Source: Lophium mytilinum (taxonomy: Eukaryota). Taken from it: a stretch of DNA of 52,230 bases. How positions within the stretch are numbered: position 1 is the first letter of the stretch; the number at the start of each line of letters is the position of its first letter. Where the stretch lies: NCBI GenBank assembly GCA_010093605.1, contig MU004203.1:148156-200385 (forward strand), read 5' to 3'. Below, in pieces: positions 34,200 through 48,956 of the stretch. The position numbers and the translations under genes are program-made. Under the pieces are notes generated by a model. It ran no database searches and was not told the origin of the DNA. It saw nothing but the letters and a program-made list of their open reading frames with translations.

Positions 34200-37100
34200 C
34201 TACCCCCCTTTAAAAGAAAGCTATATATATATAGCCTTTCTATTCTAGTATATATACTTACTATAGAGTAGTTATTCTTTAATTAATTAGTTAAGTAATT
34301 ATTTTATAGTTATATAAAGAGCCTTATTATTCTTCTAGATTATAGTAGGCGCTTACTAAGCCTTAAATATAAGGTTAGTAATATAGTTAATTATATATAT
34401 TACTAAGCTTTATTATATAGTCTATGTAGTGCAGTATTATCTAATAAATTAGTAATAGCTTAGCCGGCCGGTACTAGTTAAGTTAGTAAGGTAGAGAATA
34501 AGTATTATCTATAAAGCATTATTATAATTAGAGTAAGTAGTAGTTTCTAGTATTTAGGCTTCTAGAAGAACTTATAGAGTCCTTTTACTTTTAGGTAGAT
34601 ATAGTAATAGTCTATAATAATATTATAGTAGATAGTAATACTAGTATAGAATTTCTATTAAGAATTAGTATTCTACTTAGAGTAACTAGTATAAAGAATT
34701 TTATACTAAAGTAGGCCTTTTTAGTTTATAGCTAGGTTAAGTATAGCTTTATTAATATATAAGTTAATAATTTTATTAACATTCTATTACTTATAGCCTT
34801 CTTTATTAATTTTAATAGGTCTAGGTTCTTTCTAGATCTAGCCTTCTAATAGTTTATACGTAATATAATAAAGTAGCTATAAATAGAAGGTATTAAATAC
34901 TCCCTTTATAGTATATAGAAGAGATAGCTTATAGGTAGCGTTATTAATAACTCTAGTAACTTTAAATAGACTAAGTTATTTATAATTAAGTAACTTATTT
35001 AGTTATTAAGTCTTAATATTACGCGCGTCTAATATAACTTAGTTACTAACTTTAAACTCTATAGCTAGTTTCCGCTTATAGTTAGTAAACTCTTTCTATC
35101 TAGCTTATACCTAAATTAAAATATATTAAGTATAAAAAAAATATAATATAATTAAATTTACAGTACTTTAGAAATATAACCTAAGAAGGGCCCCTAGGGG
35201 CTACTTAAGGCCCTATAAATATTTACACGCAGTATTAGAGCTCTATAAGCTATGCTAGCGGCGTCACGGTAGAATTACGCATTGCAACCCCTATTATGCA
35301 GCATTATTAATAATAATAATAATAATAATAACACTACTAATAACACTAATAATAACTCTAAAACTAAACCTACTAACTAAAGACTAAGTAGAATATCTAT
35401 ACTAATGTCTAAGCGCTTATTAAAGAAGCCTATAGCATATAGAACTCTCTATAGAATAAGCCTATATCCTCTAACCCTAAGATAAATAACGCCCTTAAGT
35501 ACCTCTAGAACTTTACCGGGCGCGTACTAGCCAGCCTCTTAGGTACTATAGAGGACCTATAATAAACGCTATAGAGAAAGATAATAAAGATAATAGAGAA
35601 AATATAGAAGGGCGTATAGGCGCTATCTATATAAGAAATAACCTATATAGTAGTAATAGTAGTAGAAAGAAATAGTAAGACTATAGAAAATAGGGAGTAT
35701 ATAATATAGACTACCTATAAAATTACTATATATATTAAGGATAAGAAGAAACGCGCCGCAATAAATAAGAACTTAAACGCAACTATTATCTATAAGCTCT
35801 AAGTAGTAGAAGAGCCTAATATAATAAAGATCTATAGCATTAAAAAGCTCTAGAGTAGAGATATAAAGGCCTATATACTAGACGCAACCGCTAAGAAAGC
35901 CCTATTAAAGAAGAAAGAATAGATAAAGGTTCTAGGTAAAATAGTATAAATCTAACTACCTAAGGTTCTTTTAGAGGTGCACGGAGTACCTAAAGAGATA
36001 GACCTAGAGGACCTAATACTATAAAGTAGCATTATATAAGATAATAAGGTACTATACCTAGGCCTAGCTATATATAAGATTATATAGAAGCACCTAAATT
36101 AGATCTAGGCTATTAGAAATAACTCTAAACGGCGCGCCTTATCAGCTATAGTTACTATAGGTATAGAGGTAATAGTAAATAAGATTATAGATAGCGGGCT
36201 AGCATAGAATAGATATATACTAGAGGCTATAAAGTATAAGGCAGGCTTTATAGCTACCTAATGCTTCTAATACTAGGGCTATAGGTATATTACTAGATAC
36301 TATAAGAAGAAGGCGGTATACATAGCGTGTGTAGAAGCTTATAATATAAGATAATATATAAAGAAGAGTATTAGAAAGTGCGCTAACTATAAGAGAAGCT
36401 ATCTATTATATAGTGCGGTGTGCACTATAAGAAAGAATACTTAACTAAAAGCTAATATAAAGAGGTGGATAGTACTAACCTACTATAGGGCTAATAATAG
36501 CCCTAATAATAATACTAATAATACGCCGGGCATAGTAATATTCTAATCTATAATAGAATTATAAGCTCTTAACGCGGTAAGTAGAAAGAGAAAGGCTACT
36601 AAGAATAGTAACGCACTAGATAGTAGCACCCTAAGAAGAGTAGAACGCCCCCCTATATCTACTATATTTACCGCGCATAAGAACCTAAAATAACTAAAGA
36701 TAAATAGAGTGCTATAGTCTACCTATACTATATAGACTACCTAATTAATATATACTTTCTATTTAATATAGTAGCCTAACTATAATAACCTGCAGCCTTA
36801 CTATAATAGCCCGCAGCCTTTCTATAGAACCCCGCAGCCTACCTATAAAACGCTATACTACTCTTAGATAATAACCTACAGCGATAACACTAGACTATTA
36901 CAATTTAACGTAACTTAGGTGCTGTCTACCTAGAAAGAAGAGGCAGTAAGCTATTAGCTCTATACTAAGGCTAGCCGGGCTATAATAAATAACCCCGAAG
37001 ACTCTATAGATATCTAATATTAGGGCAACCTAATATACTTACTATTATATAGTATAATATTAATAAGAGTTAAGAGACCTAAAGGGAGTTCCTTAAGAAG

Positions 37101-37810
37101 ATAGAGGCGGCCTAGCTCTAGCTATTAGTGCTAGCTATATAAGAACTATAGAAGAATACCTAGAAATACACCTTACTATATATAAAATTATACTACCTAC
37201 TATATAGAGAAAGCCTAAAAGCTAGAATATATATATATATTAATAAGTGCCTAAACCTAGGCTAATAGACTATAGAGTACTACTTACTAGACCTTATTAC
37301 TTTCTCCCTCTAGGCTAGAAAAGAGGATATTTAAATTTATAATATCTATAACCTAAAGCTATATAGAATTATAGCTACGCTGCCCTCTATACTATATAAG
37401 AAGGTAGAGTATATACTTATAGGCAATATAAACCTATACTACCCGTTCTAGAGAGAAATATAGGTAATTAGTATAAAAGAGTAAGCTAAGGAGCTTATTT
37501 GCATTATAATAGAAGCAGGCCTAACTCTAGCTATAGAGAAGGGTATAGAAATATAGGCAAGAGAAATATAGTAGACTATAATTAACCTTATATTTATATC
37601 TAAATAGCTAATAGAATATATAATATCCTGCATAGTTTAAAAGAAGTAGAACTATTACTTAAACTACCGCCCTATATATATAGAATTTAATATTACACTA
37701 CTACTAGTAACTAAATAGCCCCTACGCCGGCTATAGAAGAATATTATATAGAAGGATATATAGAAGTACCTTATAGCCTAGCTAGTTAAGCTAGAAAACT
37801 AGAATAACCC

Positions 37811-38703
37811 NNNNNNNNNNNNNNNNNNNNNNNNNNNNNNNNNNNNNNNNNNNNNNNNNNNNNNNNNNNNNNNNNNNNNNNNNNNNNNNNNNNNNNNNNN
37901 NNNNNNNNNNNNNNNNNNNNNNNNNNNNNNNNNNNNNNNNNNNNNNNNNNNNNNNNNNNNNNNNNNNNNNNNNNNNNNNNNNNNNNNNNNNNNNNNNNNN
38001 NNNNNNNNNNNNNNNNNNNNNNNNNNNNNNNNNNNNNNNNNNNNNNNNNNNNNNNNNNNNNNNNNNNNNNNNNNNNNNNNNNNNNNNNNNNNNNNNNNNN
38101 NNNNNNNNNNNNNNNNNNNNNNNNNNNNNNNNNNNNNNNNNNNNNNNNNNNNNNNNNNNNNNNNNNNNNNNNNNNNNNNNNNNNNNNNNNNNNNNNNNNN
38201 NNNNNNNNNNNNNNNNNNNNNNNNNNNNNNNNNNNNNNNNNNNNNNNNNNNNNNNNNNNNNNNNNNNNNNNNNNNNNNNNNNNNNNNNNNNNNNNNNNNN
38301 NNNNNNNNNNNNNNNNNNNNNNNNNNNNNNNNNNNNNNNNNNNNNNNNNNNNNNNNNNNNNNNNNNNNNNNNNNNNNNNNNNNNNNNNNNNNNNNNNNNN
38401 NNNNNNNNNNNNNNNNNNNNNNNNNNNNNNNNNNNNNNNNNNNNNNNNNNNNNNNNNNNNNNNNNNNNNNNNNNNNNNNNNNNNNNNNNNNNNNNNNNNN
38501 NNNNNNNNNNNNNNNNNNNNNNNNNNNNNNNNNNNNNNNNNNNNNNNNNNNNNNNNNNNNNNNNNNNNNNNNNNNNNNNNNNNNNNNNNNNNNNNNNNNN
38601 NNNNNNNNNNNNNNNNNNNNNNNNNNNNNNNNNNNNNNNNNNNNNNNNNNNNNNNNNNNNNNNNNNNNNNNNNNNNNNNNNNNNNNNNNNNNNNNNNNNN
38701 NNN
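37811..38703. other. Assembly gap
   Basis: Run of N inside LINE ORF2. Confidence 1.
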
Positions 38704-40253
38704 CGTTTAATTAAGTCTTATATAAATAAATAATATATAACCTATAGGTCTAGAGTATACTAGAGTAGATAATAAGGTTTACTAGGTTCTTTCTATAAAA
38801 CCGCATAACTAGGCTCTCTATAGAAAGCTATATAGTAGAACTAATTACAGTTACTATAGGTATTCTATAGGGCTCCTCCCTATTATCTATTCTCTTCCTC
38901 TTCTTTACTAGTATACTACTACTAACCCTTTAGGACGGTAATATAATAGCCTATAGGTTTATAAATAATATAAATATTCTTATATATAGTAGAACTATAG
39001 AGGCAAACTATAGGGCTATTAAGAGAGCCTATAATAGATGCATAGAATAGGTAAGAAAGTATAGCGTAGTATTTATACTAGATAAATATTACCTAATATA
39101 CTTTATAAAAGCCCGTAAAGAAGTTAACCTAAGAGCTATAGTTAATATATAAGGCTTTATAGAGGGCCTTATAATAGATCTAAGAGTACTAGAAGTATAG
39201 GTAGACTTAAAGCTTAAATAGGGCCCGCATATTAGCATTATAAAAAATAAAGCTATAACCTAGATAGGGATACTTACACGGCTTATAGTATCTATCTAGG
39301 GCGCTAGCTTTAGGAAAGCACGCCTAATATACTTAGTAGTAGTCTAGCCTACTATTATATATAGATGCACTACCTAGTATACTATACTAGGCATGCCGGA
39401 GCAGCTTAGTAAGATAAAGATTAAGTAGCTTAAAATAACCTAGAACTAATACCTCTAGAGAATCTTAGGGGCCTATAAAACTATAAGCACTATAGTACTA
39501 GAATATAAAATATTATACCTACTACTCTAGCTAAAACTAGAGGAACTTATAGTAGCTTACGCGGACTATACGCGTAAAGGGCTAGCACGCTAGTATATTA
39601 AAATAGCATGCAGTAATATATAACAGGAAATCTATATCTACTATAGGCTACTTATAAGGCTAAAGTATAGCCCTAGCCGCTATAATATACTCCGTAATCT
39701 TATAGTAAAGGCTATAAGGTTATATACTAGGTATAAAGATAAATTAGATAAAGCTTATAAGCGCTTAAGGTAATTTATAATTAAATATAAATATAAAGAA
39801 AGGTAGAAGAAGGTATAGAAGTCCTTTTATAAAATAGAATAGCGCGGGCTACTAACGCCGGCCCTTAATACTAAATAGAGTAAATAATAGAAGACTATAT
39901 ATAAAGGGCTTATAAAGGTTAAAAGTACTATTCTTATAAACCTATAAATAGAGTATATAGGGCTTAATAGATACCTACACTATATATAGGTGCTAGGCTA
40001 CCTAATACTAGCCTACCCCTGCGGGCATAGCCTCTAATTACTATACTATATAGTAATAAACTACAAGAGGCATATAGAGAGTAGAGGTAAACTATTTAAG
40101 AAAGTAAAGACTTAGATATATAAGGAAATATATAAAAGTAAAAAGAAATCTAAGGTAGTAGCTAGGTAGTTCCTATAGAAAATAGACCTGCTACTCTACC
40201 TCTTAATAGTAAGAGAGATAGAAAGGGAGTAGATCTAGCCCTTCCGCTTAATA

Positions 40254-40417
40254 CTATAGCCCTACTATTACCTATAGCCTTACTATAACTAATAGCCTTA
40301 CTATAACTAATAGCCTTACTATTACTAATAGCCTTACTATTATCTATAGCCTTACTATTACCTATAGCCTTACTATTACCTATAGCCTTACTATTACCTA
40401 TAGCCTTACTATTACCC
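40254..40417 (+). repeat. 18-bp minisatellite, ~9 copies, in the LINE 3' region
   Basis: Tandem CCTATAGCCTTACTATTA and variants. Confidence 0.9.
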
Positions 40418-43400
40418 CTAACTACACTATAGCGGGCCTTAGCGCCTTCTCTTAACTAGTACTTAGTATAGATAGTTAGCTTTAGGTCTCTACTATATAC
40501 TCTATAATATATACTTTCTATATACTTTCTATCCCTTATAGCTCTTCTATTTCTAAATAGCCTACCTACTTTATAATAGTATATACACGCGGCTCTCTTT
40601 CTTCTACTATTAGTTAGTTATACTATAAGGGCTTATACTTACTATAAGCGGCTATATACTTTCTAATTATAGACTATAAACTATATACTCTATACTCTTA
40701 GCCCTTCTATAGCTATTAGCTATACTATAGAGGCTTATATATACTACTATAGCTATAAACTCTATATAGCTACTTATAGCCCTTCTACTCTTACAGCCTG
40801 CCTATAAACTATATACTTTCTATATATCTCTACTATATACTACCTATATACTACGCAGCCTTTCTATCTCTAATAGCCTATATAGCTACTATTTATTTTA
40901 CCTTATTACCTTAGATAAAGGCCCCGCGAGCGCACTACTTATACGCGGGCCCTTATGCTAATTCTATACTAGCCTCGCATCTGGATTCTACTTAGCCTAA
41001 ACCTAGAAGGATAATAATAAACCTTTCTAGATAGATATAGAAAGACGCATCTTAATAGCTTATTCTATAGTAGTTCTTATAGACCTACTATATATTCTCT
41101 ATAGTAAAATATAAAGAAGAAGGGCGCCTAACGCTAGATATAATAGAGGATAAGGTTTTTACCTAAATGCTACCTAGCAGCGAACAGTTTCCCCTTATAA
41201 ATTAGCCTAGATAGAATAGCTATATAGACCCTAACGGGAGCTACACTAGTATAATAGAATTTAATAATAATAATAATACCTAAATTAATTTATTATAGAG
41301 AAAGAGGCGGAGGTTATTTAATTACTTAGTAAGTATATTAGCTTTTTCTCTAAGGGGTTTCTATAGTCCTTTAGCTATAGAGTTATTAGCTAGTTTAAGA
41401 CTAGAGCGCGGATTATACCCTTTTATTATAATAAAAGAAGAGACGCTAGTAGTTATTTTATCTAAATTTACTTTAAATTTAGTAATAGGTAAGAGGTTAG
41501 CCTAGTTACCTTACTTATAATTAATATACGCGCGTAAATACTATTTAAGAGCTATATTAGTAATTTCTATTTATCTATCTATTTTAGAATAAAAAGTAGT
41601 AGAGAGTTTTAGCTTTATTCTAACTTAAGCGCATAGCTGCTTCTAGAAGTAGAAGATAAATTAGGGGCCTTAATTAGAAATAATTAAGTATAGGTATTCT
41701 TCTTCTTACTAGATCTATTTAATAAACGCCTAGATAATATTCTTAGCCTCTATAGAGTCTATAGTAATAAACTTTCTCTTCTTTAAAAATTAGTTAACTA
41801 TAACTATAATATATTTAAGCTTACAACCCTATTATTTATAGATTAGTAAAGAGGTAATAAAGTTAACTAAAATATAGTGCTAGTATTAGTCTAGAATAGA
41901 TAGAGGGCGGAGTAGTCCTTACTTACCTTCTTAAAAGTATTTTAATCTCTTATAAGTAAGATAGACGCTAATATATTAGTCTATATAAGAGGTTATCTAT
42001 AGCTAGTAATAGTACTTATAGAGCTATATATAGGTTAATATTATTCTAATATATTTAGCGGGCTTTAGCTTATATATAGATTAGATAATATAAGTATATA
42101 GTTACTTAATATCTAGAATATAAAGCCGCTTATAGATATAGAGGAGGTTATTAATAACTTTATAATTATCTAGTTCTATTTATAAGTAATAATCTTAATA
42201 GAACTACGCAGGCAGTTATTATTAGTTGCAGCGCTTAGCGTATTTAATAGCTTATATAATAGAGTTACCTTTAGAATACTTTTAAATTCTTTAAAGAATT
42301 TAATTATCTATAAAAACTATTTTATTAGATAAATTATTTAGCTTATTATCTATAGGCAGCTTCTTAATAGTAGAATTATATAGCTTATCTACTAGAGGTA
42401 TCTTATTCTTCTTAGAATATCCTTATAGGTAAGCTAGGCTAAAGTTATTTATCTTATCTAGTGTAGCTACCGTCTAAGAAGGTATAGGCGTAGTTAATTT
42501 CTTAGGGCAGCCTCTTATGTAAACGCGTAGTCTAGAGTTATTTAGCTTATCTAGAGTAGTAGGTAGAGAGTGTATATATATAACTACTACTAAGTAGATA
42601 TTATTATTATCTAGGTAATTAAATTTACTAAGGTTATATATTATTTTAGCTAATTTAATAGAAGTATATTTAAATATATTAGTAAGAATATATATAAGCT
42701 TAATAGCATAATATATTTCTACTTTATAGTTAGATAGCTTTAGTATAACTTATTCTTAATACTTATATCTATTATCTTCTAGGGCTAGCTTATTACCTAG
42801 TTATTAAGTTAGTAGATTAGGCTTCTTATTCTACTTACCTAGTTTATATATAATCTTAAAGTTAAATTTAGCTAGAAACTTAGCCTAGTAAGCTTATTAA
42901 TAATTAAGGTGCTTAGAAGTTATAAATATTTAAAGGTTCTTATAATCTAAAATAATATTAATAGGGCTATTACACTTCTATTCTTATCTAGCGAGCTCTA
43001 GTCTCTATTCTTTAAAGGCGAGTACTATAGTAAGGAGCTCTTTATTATAGATAGTATAGTTAATTTATTATAGTATTATCTATTATAATATAAAGGTAAC
43101 TAGGTAAAGTATTCTATTAGGCTAGACCTATAATAGTATAGCGGTAGTTATATAGTTAGAGAAATTATATTCTATCTAGGTATTATAGTTAGGGTTCTAT
43201 AGTATAAGCTATAGGGCTACACGAAAATATTTCTTAATATTATAGAACGCTTTAGCTTTATTACTATTATCTAGCTATAGGAATTTAAAGCCCTTTTATA
43301 TAGCGGAGGTTAGTATTATTAGTAGAGCTATAAATATAGAGTAGTTAGCTATAAAGTATTAATAGAAATTATAGAAGCTAAAAAACGCTTATATATCTTT

Positions 43401-46400
43401 AAGGTTTTATAGTATTAGCTAGTCTAGTACTATTTAGACCTTAGCTAGATCTATTTAAACTCTATTAACACTAATAAGTATACTAAGATATTTAACTTTA
43501 TTAACGGTAAATTTATATTTATAGATGTTAAGAAATAGTCCTGCGTTATAGAGTTTAGTAATAACTATAAAAATATATACTTTATACTCTTCTAGTATAT
43601 TACTATATATTAAGATATTATCTATATATACTATATAGAAGTTATTAAGATACTCTTATAAGATATTATTAATATATATCTAGAAGGAACTAGGTATATT
43701 ATATAGACTAAATAGAAGGACTATAAATTTAAATAGCCCTTAATAAGTAAGAAAGGCTATCTTATACTTATTACCTTTCTTAATCTAGAGTATATTAAAT
43801 ACACTAATAATATTAAGCTTAGTATAATACCTAGCTTTAGCTAGCAACGCAAGCGTATTCTTAATAAGTAGTGGCACGTTACAACTTTTAATACTAATTT
43901 TATTAAAACCTTAATAATTAATATAAATATAGAGTCCTCCTTCTAGCTTCTTAATAACTAGCGTGGGTGCGGCGTATAATAATAAGCTAGGGCGGATAAA
44001 TTCTTTAGCCCGCATTTTATTAATAAAAGCTTTAACTATTACTACTTAGTCTCTAGATAGGCTATAGACTTTTTAAGTAGGTAGTTTAAAGCCTAGAAGA
44101 ATATTAATAGCATAATCTATTAGCCTATAAGGCGGTAGTTTATTTACTTTTTAAGAGTTCTATGCATTAGCTATATAATAGAGCTAGTTAGGAAGTAAAG
44201 CTTTAATTTTCTAATTTATAATAGGAGGGCGGTTTATTTTCTTAAAGAACTTATAATAGTTAGATAGATTAATAGTAAAGATATTAGTAGTAAAAGCAGC
44301 TATTTACGCGTTATAAAGAATATTATTAATTTTAAATAGGCTATATAGAGCTAGGTCTACTTCTAGAGTAAAGCTTTATAGAGGATAAGTTATAGGCTAG
44401 AGTTAATAGCGCTTATAATCCTCTATTTATTATAGCTTTTTCTAATTATTATCTTAGAGTTAGATAATATAATATTTCTTTTCTTCTTATTAGAGCTTTT
44501 AGTAGGCGGCTATTATATTCTTAGCTTTATTAAGTTCTAGGCTAAGTTTCTAATATTTATTAAAGAGGTTATATAATACTATATTATATAAGCGCTTACT
44601 TATATAAATAATATCTCTATCTTTTCTATTACTCTATACGCGCCTATATCTATTAGTATAGAGGTAATAGTTATAGTAGAAGTTCTTATTAAAGTTAAGG
44701 GCGTGTTTACCCTATATAATATTAGGCTTATATTTCTTAAACTATAGTATACCTAAGATAATATTATAGCTCTTAAGATTAGTAATATAATACTATATAT
44801 TCTTAGTATAGGCGCCTAAGAATAGTATAAGCTAGGCTTTATAAGTAATAAGCTTTATAGGTATACTATTAGCTAGGCGTAGTAGAATAGAATTAGCTAA
44901 GGGTAATATTATTAGCTTATTAGCTTTAGCGTAGAATTTTAAGATAAAGGTAAAGTAGAAGTAGCTTATATCTATAAGATAGCGGCTATTAGTTATACCT
45001 ATTAGGGTGTAGATTCTATATTTAAAGTTTAGTTATTTTCTATAAGTAATATCTTAAGTAGAGTTAGTAGAGTATATAGATAGCTAGATCTTATCTAGTT
45101 CTAGAGGCGGCTATTTTAGTTTCTAGATATAGGTTATAATAGTACTTAGAAAGAATTCTATATAGCTCTATCTATAACTATAGTTAGAGCCTATATAAAA
45201 TTCTTCTAGTTGCTACTACTATTAGTATTACTAAGCACGCTAGAAGATAATACTTTATTAGAGTAGATAATAATAGTAAGGTCCTCTCTATTACTATTAA
45301 TAGAAATTAAGTTATTATTATCTTTATCTATATAGTAGATAGTAGAGAGCTTAAGCTTAAGGCTATTCTTAGCTTTAGATAGGCGCTTAGTTAGTTTACG
45401 CTTAGATAGAGGGGGGTTATTAGCGTAGGGGCGCTTAGAGTTATTAGCTTAATAACCCTTCTTAATATAGTAGAAGTAGTAGCCCTTAGTATATAGAACT
45501 ACTATAATTAATAGAGGAAGGTAAATAGTATAATTACCTTACTTATTCTTATTATTATAAGAAGTAGATAGCTTTTATCTATAGCTCTACTAAGGGCGGC
45601 GGTTTTAGTAGTTATTTAATTAATAGTTACTTAAGTAGGTATTACTATAGCTATTATAGTTATTACTATAGCTATTATAGAACCTAGATAATTAAGGGGG
45701 CTAGGTAGTTATACTACACTAAGTATTATTCTAGAGAAAGGCTTTAGCGTGGAATACTATAGTAATAAGTGTAGGCTAGTTCTAGTAGCTATTAGCGCTG
45801 CTAAATACTTATTAGCTAAGGTCTAGGCGTAGAAGATACTTAAGCTAGCCTTTCTTAGAAGTAAAAGGCATCTAGTTCTTAATATTAATATTAGTTATCT
45901 CTTTAAAATATAGTATATATATATTCTATAACTTCTAGCCCTTTATTTTTATCTTAGAGCTATAGAGAATATTATCTATATATATAGGCTTATTAAAGAT
46001 AGTAAAATATAGGTCTATATAAGTAAATATCTAGTTAAGAGTTATAAAGTTCTTATTTAGTAAGGGCTTCTTAAACTAGATATAGCTGTAGATAGTTACT
46101 TCTATATAATCTTTATATTAGAAGATAGCGTAGGCATAGCTCTTCTAAGATAGGTATTAGTATTTATTACTCTTACTAGTAAATTTCTAGAGGTTATAGA
46201 ATTTAGGCTTATAGTTACTATAGAGTTATAGGCGTATAAGCTAAGCTATAGTATTATTATCTATAATAGTAAAGTTATTATAATTAGCGTTATTATTATT
46301 ATCTTCTAAGTTATAGTTAAGGTCGCCTATAGTAGTAGCGGCAGCGCAATATAATTATGCGGGTGCTAATACTACTTTTTAGTTTACTTTTAAGTTAGTA

Positions 46401-48150
46401 TATTACTACTTATAAGTAAGGCTAAGCTCTTTAAAGTAATTATACTAGGTTTATAGTTAATCTAAATTCTATTATACTATAGTAACGTCTTAATAGAGGG
46501 CTTTATTTTCTAAGTATACTTTACTAAGTAGAAGAACTTTAGCTTTATAAGCTTTTTATTTAGTTATAAACTAATAGTTATACTTAGTATACGCCTTTTT
46601 ATTTTCTAATTAAAGACGCGTAATATTCTTAGTTAGTTAAGTAACTTTAGCTTATAAATATAAAATCTTATTAGAGTCTTAGGCCTAGACTTAGTTATAA
46701 AGAGTAGTTAGCTCTATATCTTAGGCTTAGTAGTCCTTTTAAAGAGATTCTAGGTTCTACTAGAATATAGTAACTCTCTAGTATATATTCTTATAGTACT
46801 TAAAAACTATATTATAGAATACTTTAGTAGAGTTAAAGTTAATATTAATAGTATTAGTAACTCTATTATAGTTAATATAGAATGTAATTTCTTTAGCTAT
46901 TATAGTAAAGTATAACTTATAGCAGCTAGAGTTATAGTATACTAAAGCGTCTAGTATAGGCAACTCTAGGTTAGGCTATAATAGTATAGCTATAGTAGAG
47001 AGGCTCTATACTAATAGAGGTAGATTATTAGTACGCTTATTAGTACGCTAGGCTTTCTAAGTAAATAGAAAAACTAGGCTAGTAGGGATATTCTTATTTT
47101 ATATATTAAGAAGATTACCTTAAATAAAGTAGACTACTTTCTAGAGGTCTATAGCTAATTAGAATTAATTATTCTTATTCTCTTTATTAAGCTTATTAAG
47201 TTCCTAGTTAAGCTATGTACTATTTTTCTTATTAAAGGTAATATAGAATTTCTTATTATCTAGGTTAATAGAGCGCCTACTACGCTAGAGAATAGTAGTT
47301 AGTTATTAACTATAGGCTATAGCTATACCTAGTTTAATAGTACTAGCTTTTAGTATATAGAGTTTACTATAAGTAGCTAGCTACTCTAGAGTAGAACTAA
47401 TACTATACTAAGATAATTTACCTACCTTTTTATATAAGGCTTTAGCGTATTAAGTCTCTTATTATACTTATTAAGAGTTAAAGGCTAGTATTAACTAGGT
47501 AGCTTAGCTATTAAGAGTAGAGTATAGATTAGTATTACTACTCTTATTAGTATATATACTGCTAGAGAAAGCTTTTAAATGCACTATAGTATATTTACTA
47601 TAACTTAGTATTATAGGCGGGTAAGTCTACTTATAGGGTCTTAAATAAGAAGAAACTAGTATTAGAGAGTTACGCTAGTTAACTATTACTAGTTAGATAA
47701 TAGTAGATAGTATCCTAGTAGATAGATAAAGAAAAAAATTAGTATAGATAGAAAGGTTATAGAGCCTTTATAAAAGCTAGTAAGTAGATATAACTTATAC
47801 GCTTCTTAGTAGTAGGCGCCTTAGGCTATTCTTAGTAGCGGAATTAATTAGTAAATAACTGCGCTTAGTTTAGTTAGTTTATATATGCGTAGGTAGAGAT
47901 ATAATAGTAAGTAGGTTTATATAGCCTGCGCATTAGTTTATATTAGTAATAGGGTATAATATTCTTACTATAAGGTTATAGGGCCTTTTAAGATTATAGA
48001 TTCTCCTTCTATTTTATTAGTTTCTTATTAATAAAGGTTATAGAAATTAAATTTTAGTAGCTATAGAGGCGCCGGTATATATATATATAAATAGGTAGGT
48101 AAAAAGTATACTTTTAATATATTCTAGAAGCTAGAAGGGTAGCTATTTTA

Positions 48151-48371
48151 TATTATAGTGCAATATAGAATTATAATAGAAAACTAGATAGTATTAAGTA
48201 TATAATAAAGTAGCTATAAGAAGAAAGAGTAGGGCGCGGAGCGCTAGCTAAGAGGTAGATAAGGCTAGCGCTAAGTAAGGTTATATAATAGTAACACGTA
48301 ATAGAGGCTATATAACACTATTACTTATAATAGAAGTATATTACGCTAAAGGTTATATTATAGCTATAATA
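48151..48371 (-). repeat. 5' LTR of the Gypsy element
   Basis: Direct repeat of 33979-34199, followed by the TSD AAGAG. Confidence 0.92.
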
Positions 48372-48646
48372 AAGAGATTATAAAGTATTTATAATAGAGG
48401 GAATTATAAGGTAATATAAATATTAGTATACTAGCGCGCATTAGATTCTAATATATAATTAGAGCTATAATAGCTAATAATAGGCTTATTAGAGATTTTA
48501 TAAAGTTTCTTATAATCTAGTAAGAAGCTTATAATCTTATATAGGTTTAAGAAGCTATTATTATATTATAGAGTAGTAAGTAGTAATCTAGAAGTAATAG
48601 ATTTAAGAATCTAAAGTATATATAAGGCCTTCTTAATACTTTTATA

Positions 48647-48956
48647 NNNNNNNNNNNNNNNNNNNNNNNNNNNNNNNNNNNNNNNNNNNNNNNNNNNNNN
48701 NNNNNNNNNNNNNNNNNNNNNNNNNNNNNNNNNNNNNNNNNNNNNNNNNNNNNNNNNNNNNNNNNNNNNNNNNNNNNNNNNNNNNNNNNNNNNNNNNNNN
48801 NNNNNNNNNNNNNNNNNNNNNNNNNNNNNNNNNNNNNNNNNNNNNNNNNNNNNNNNNNNNNNNNNNNNNNNNNNNNNNNNNNNNNNNNNNNNNNNNNNNN
48901 NNNNNNNNNNNNNNNNNNNNNNNNNNNNNNNNNNNNNNNNNNNNNNNNNNNNNNNN
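48647..48956. other. Assembly gap
   Basis: Run of N. Confidence 1.

Larger units (their letters stand above)
35120..41275 (+). mobile_element. Full-length RIP-inactivated non-LTR retrotransposon (Tad1-like LINE) inserted into the Gypsy integrase
   Basis: 13-bp TSD ATACCTAAATTAA (35107-35119 / 41276-41288) and a (TAA)n 3' tail. ORF1 relic with CCHC knuckle (*CF*Y*GYRYITRYY, ~36260). ORF2 relics: endonuclease region ~36900-37700, RT GIL*GSSLLSILF (GxPQGSPLSPxLF) ~38860, FINN (FxDD) ~38960, C-terminal YPCGH ~40015. The Gypsy frame joins across the TSD. Confidence 0.9.
33979..48371 (-). mobile_element. Full-length RIP-inactivated Ty3/Gypsy LTR retrotransposon (chromovirus type), interrupted by a LINE
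   Basis: 221-bp LTRs at 33979-34199 and 48151-48371; 5-bp TSD AAGAG (33974-33978 / 48372-48376); polypurine tract (plus strand CTACCCCCCTT) beside the left (3') LTR. Minus-strand relics: gag zinc knuckle ~45480, RT YLNNFYIVYIDNILIYS (YxDD) ~43630, RNase H NYTIYNKELL.IV ~43050, integrase C-terminus FKV..VILDARNI ~35030, chromodomain ~34800-34600. Confidence 0.92.

Noticed and set aside
37448..46963. Two short ORFs in the AT-rich block (37448-37633, 46778-46963)
   Set aside because: Chance frames in RIP-mutated transposon DNA with I/Y/N-biased composition.
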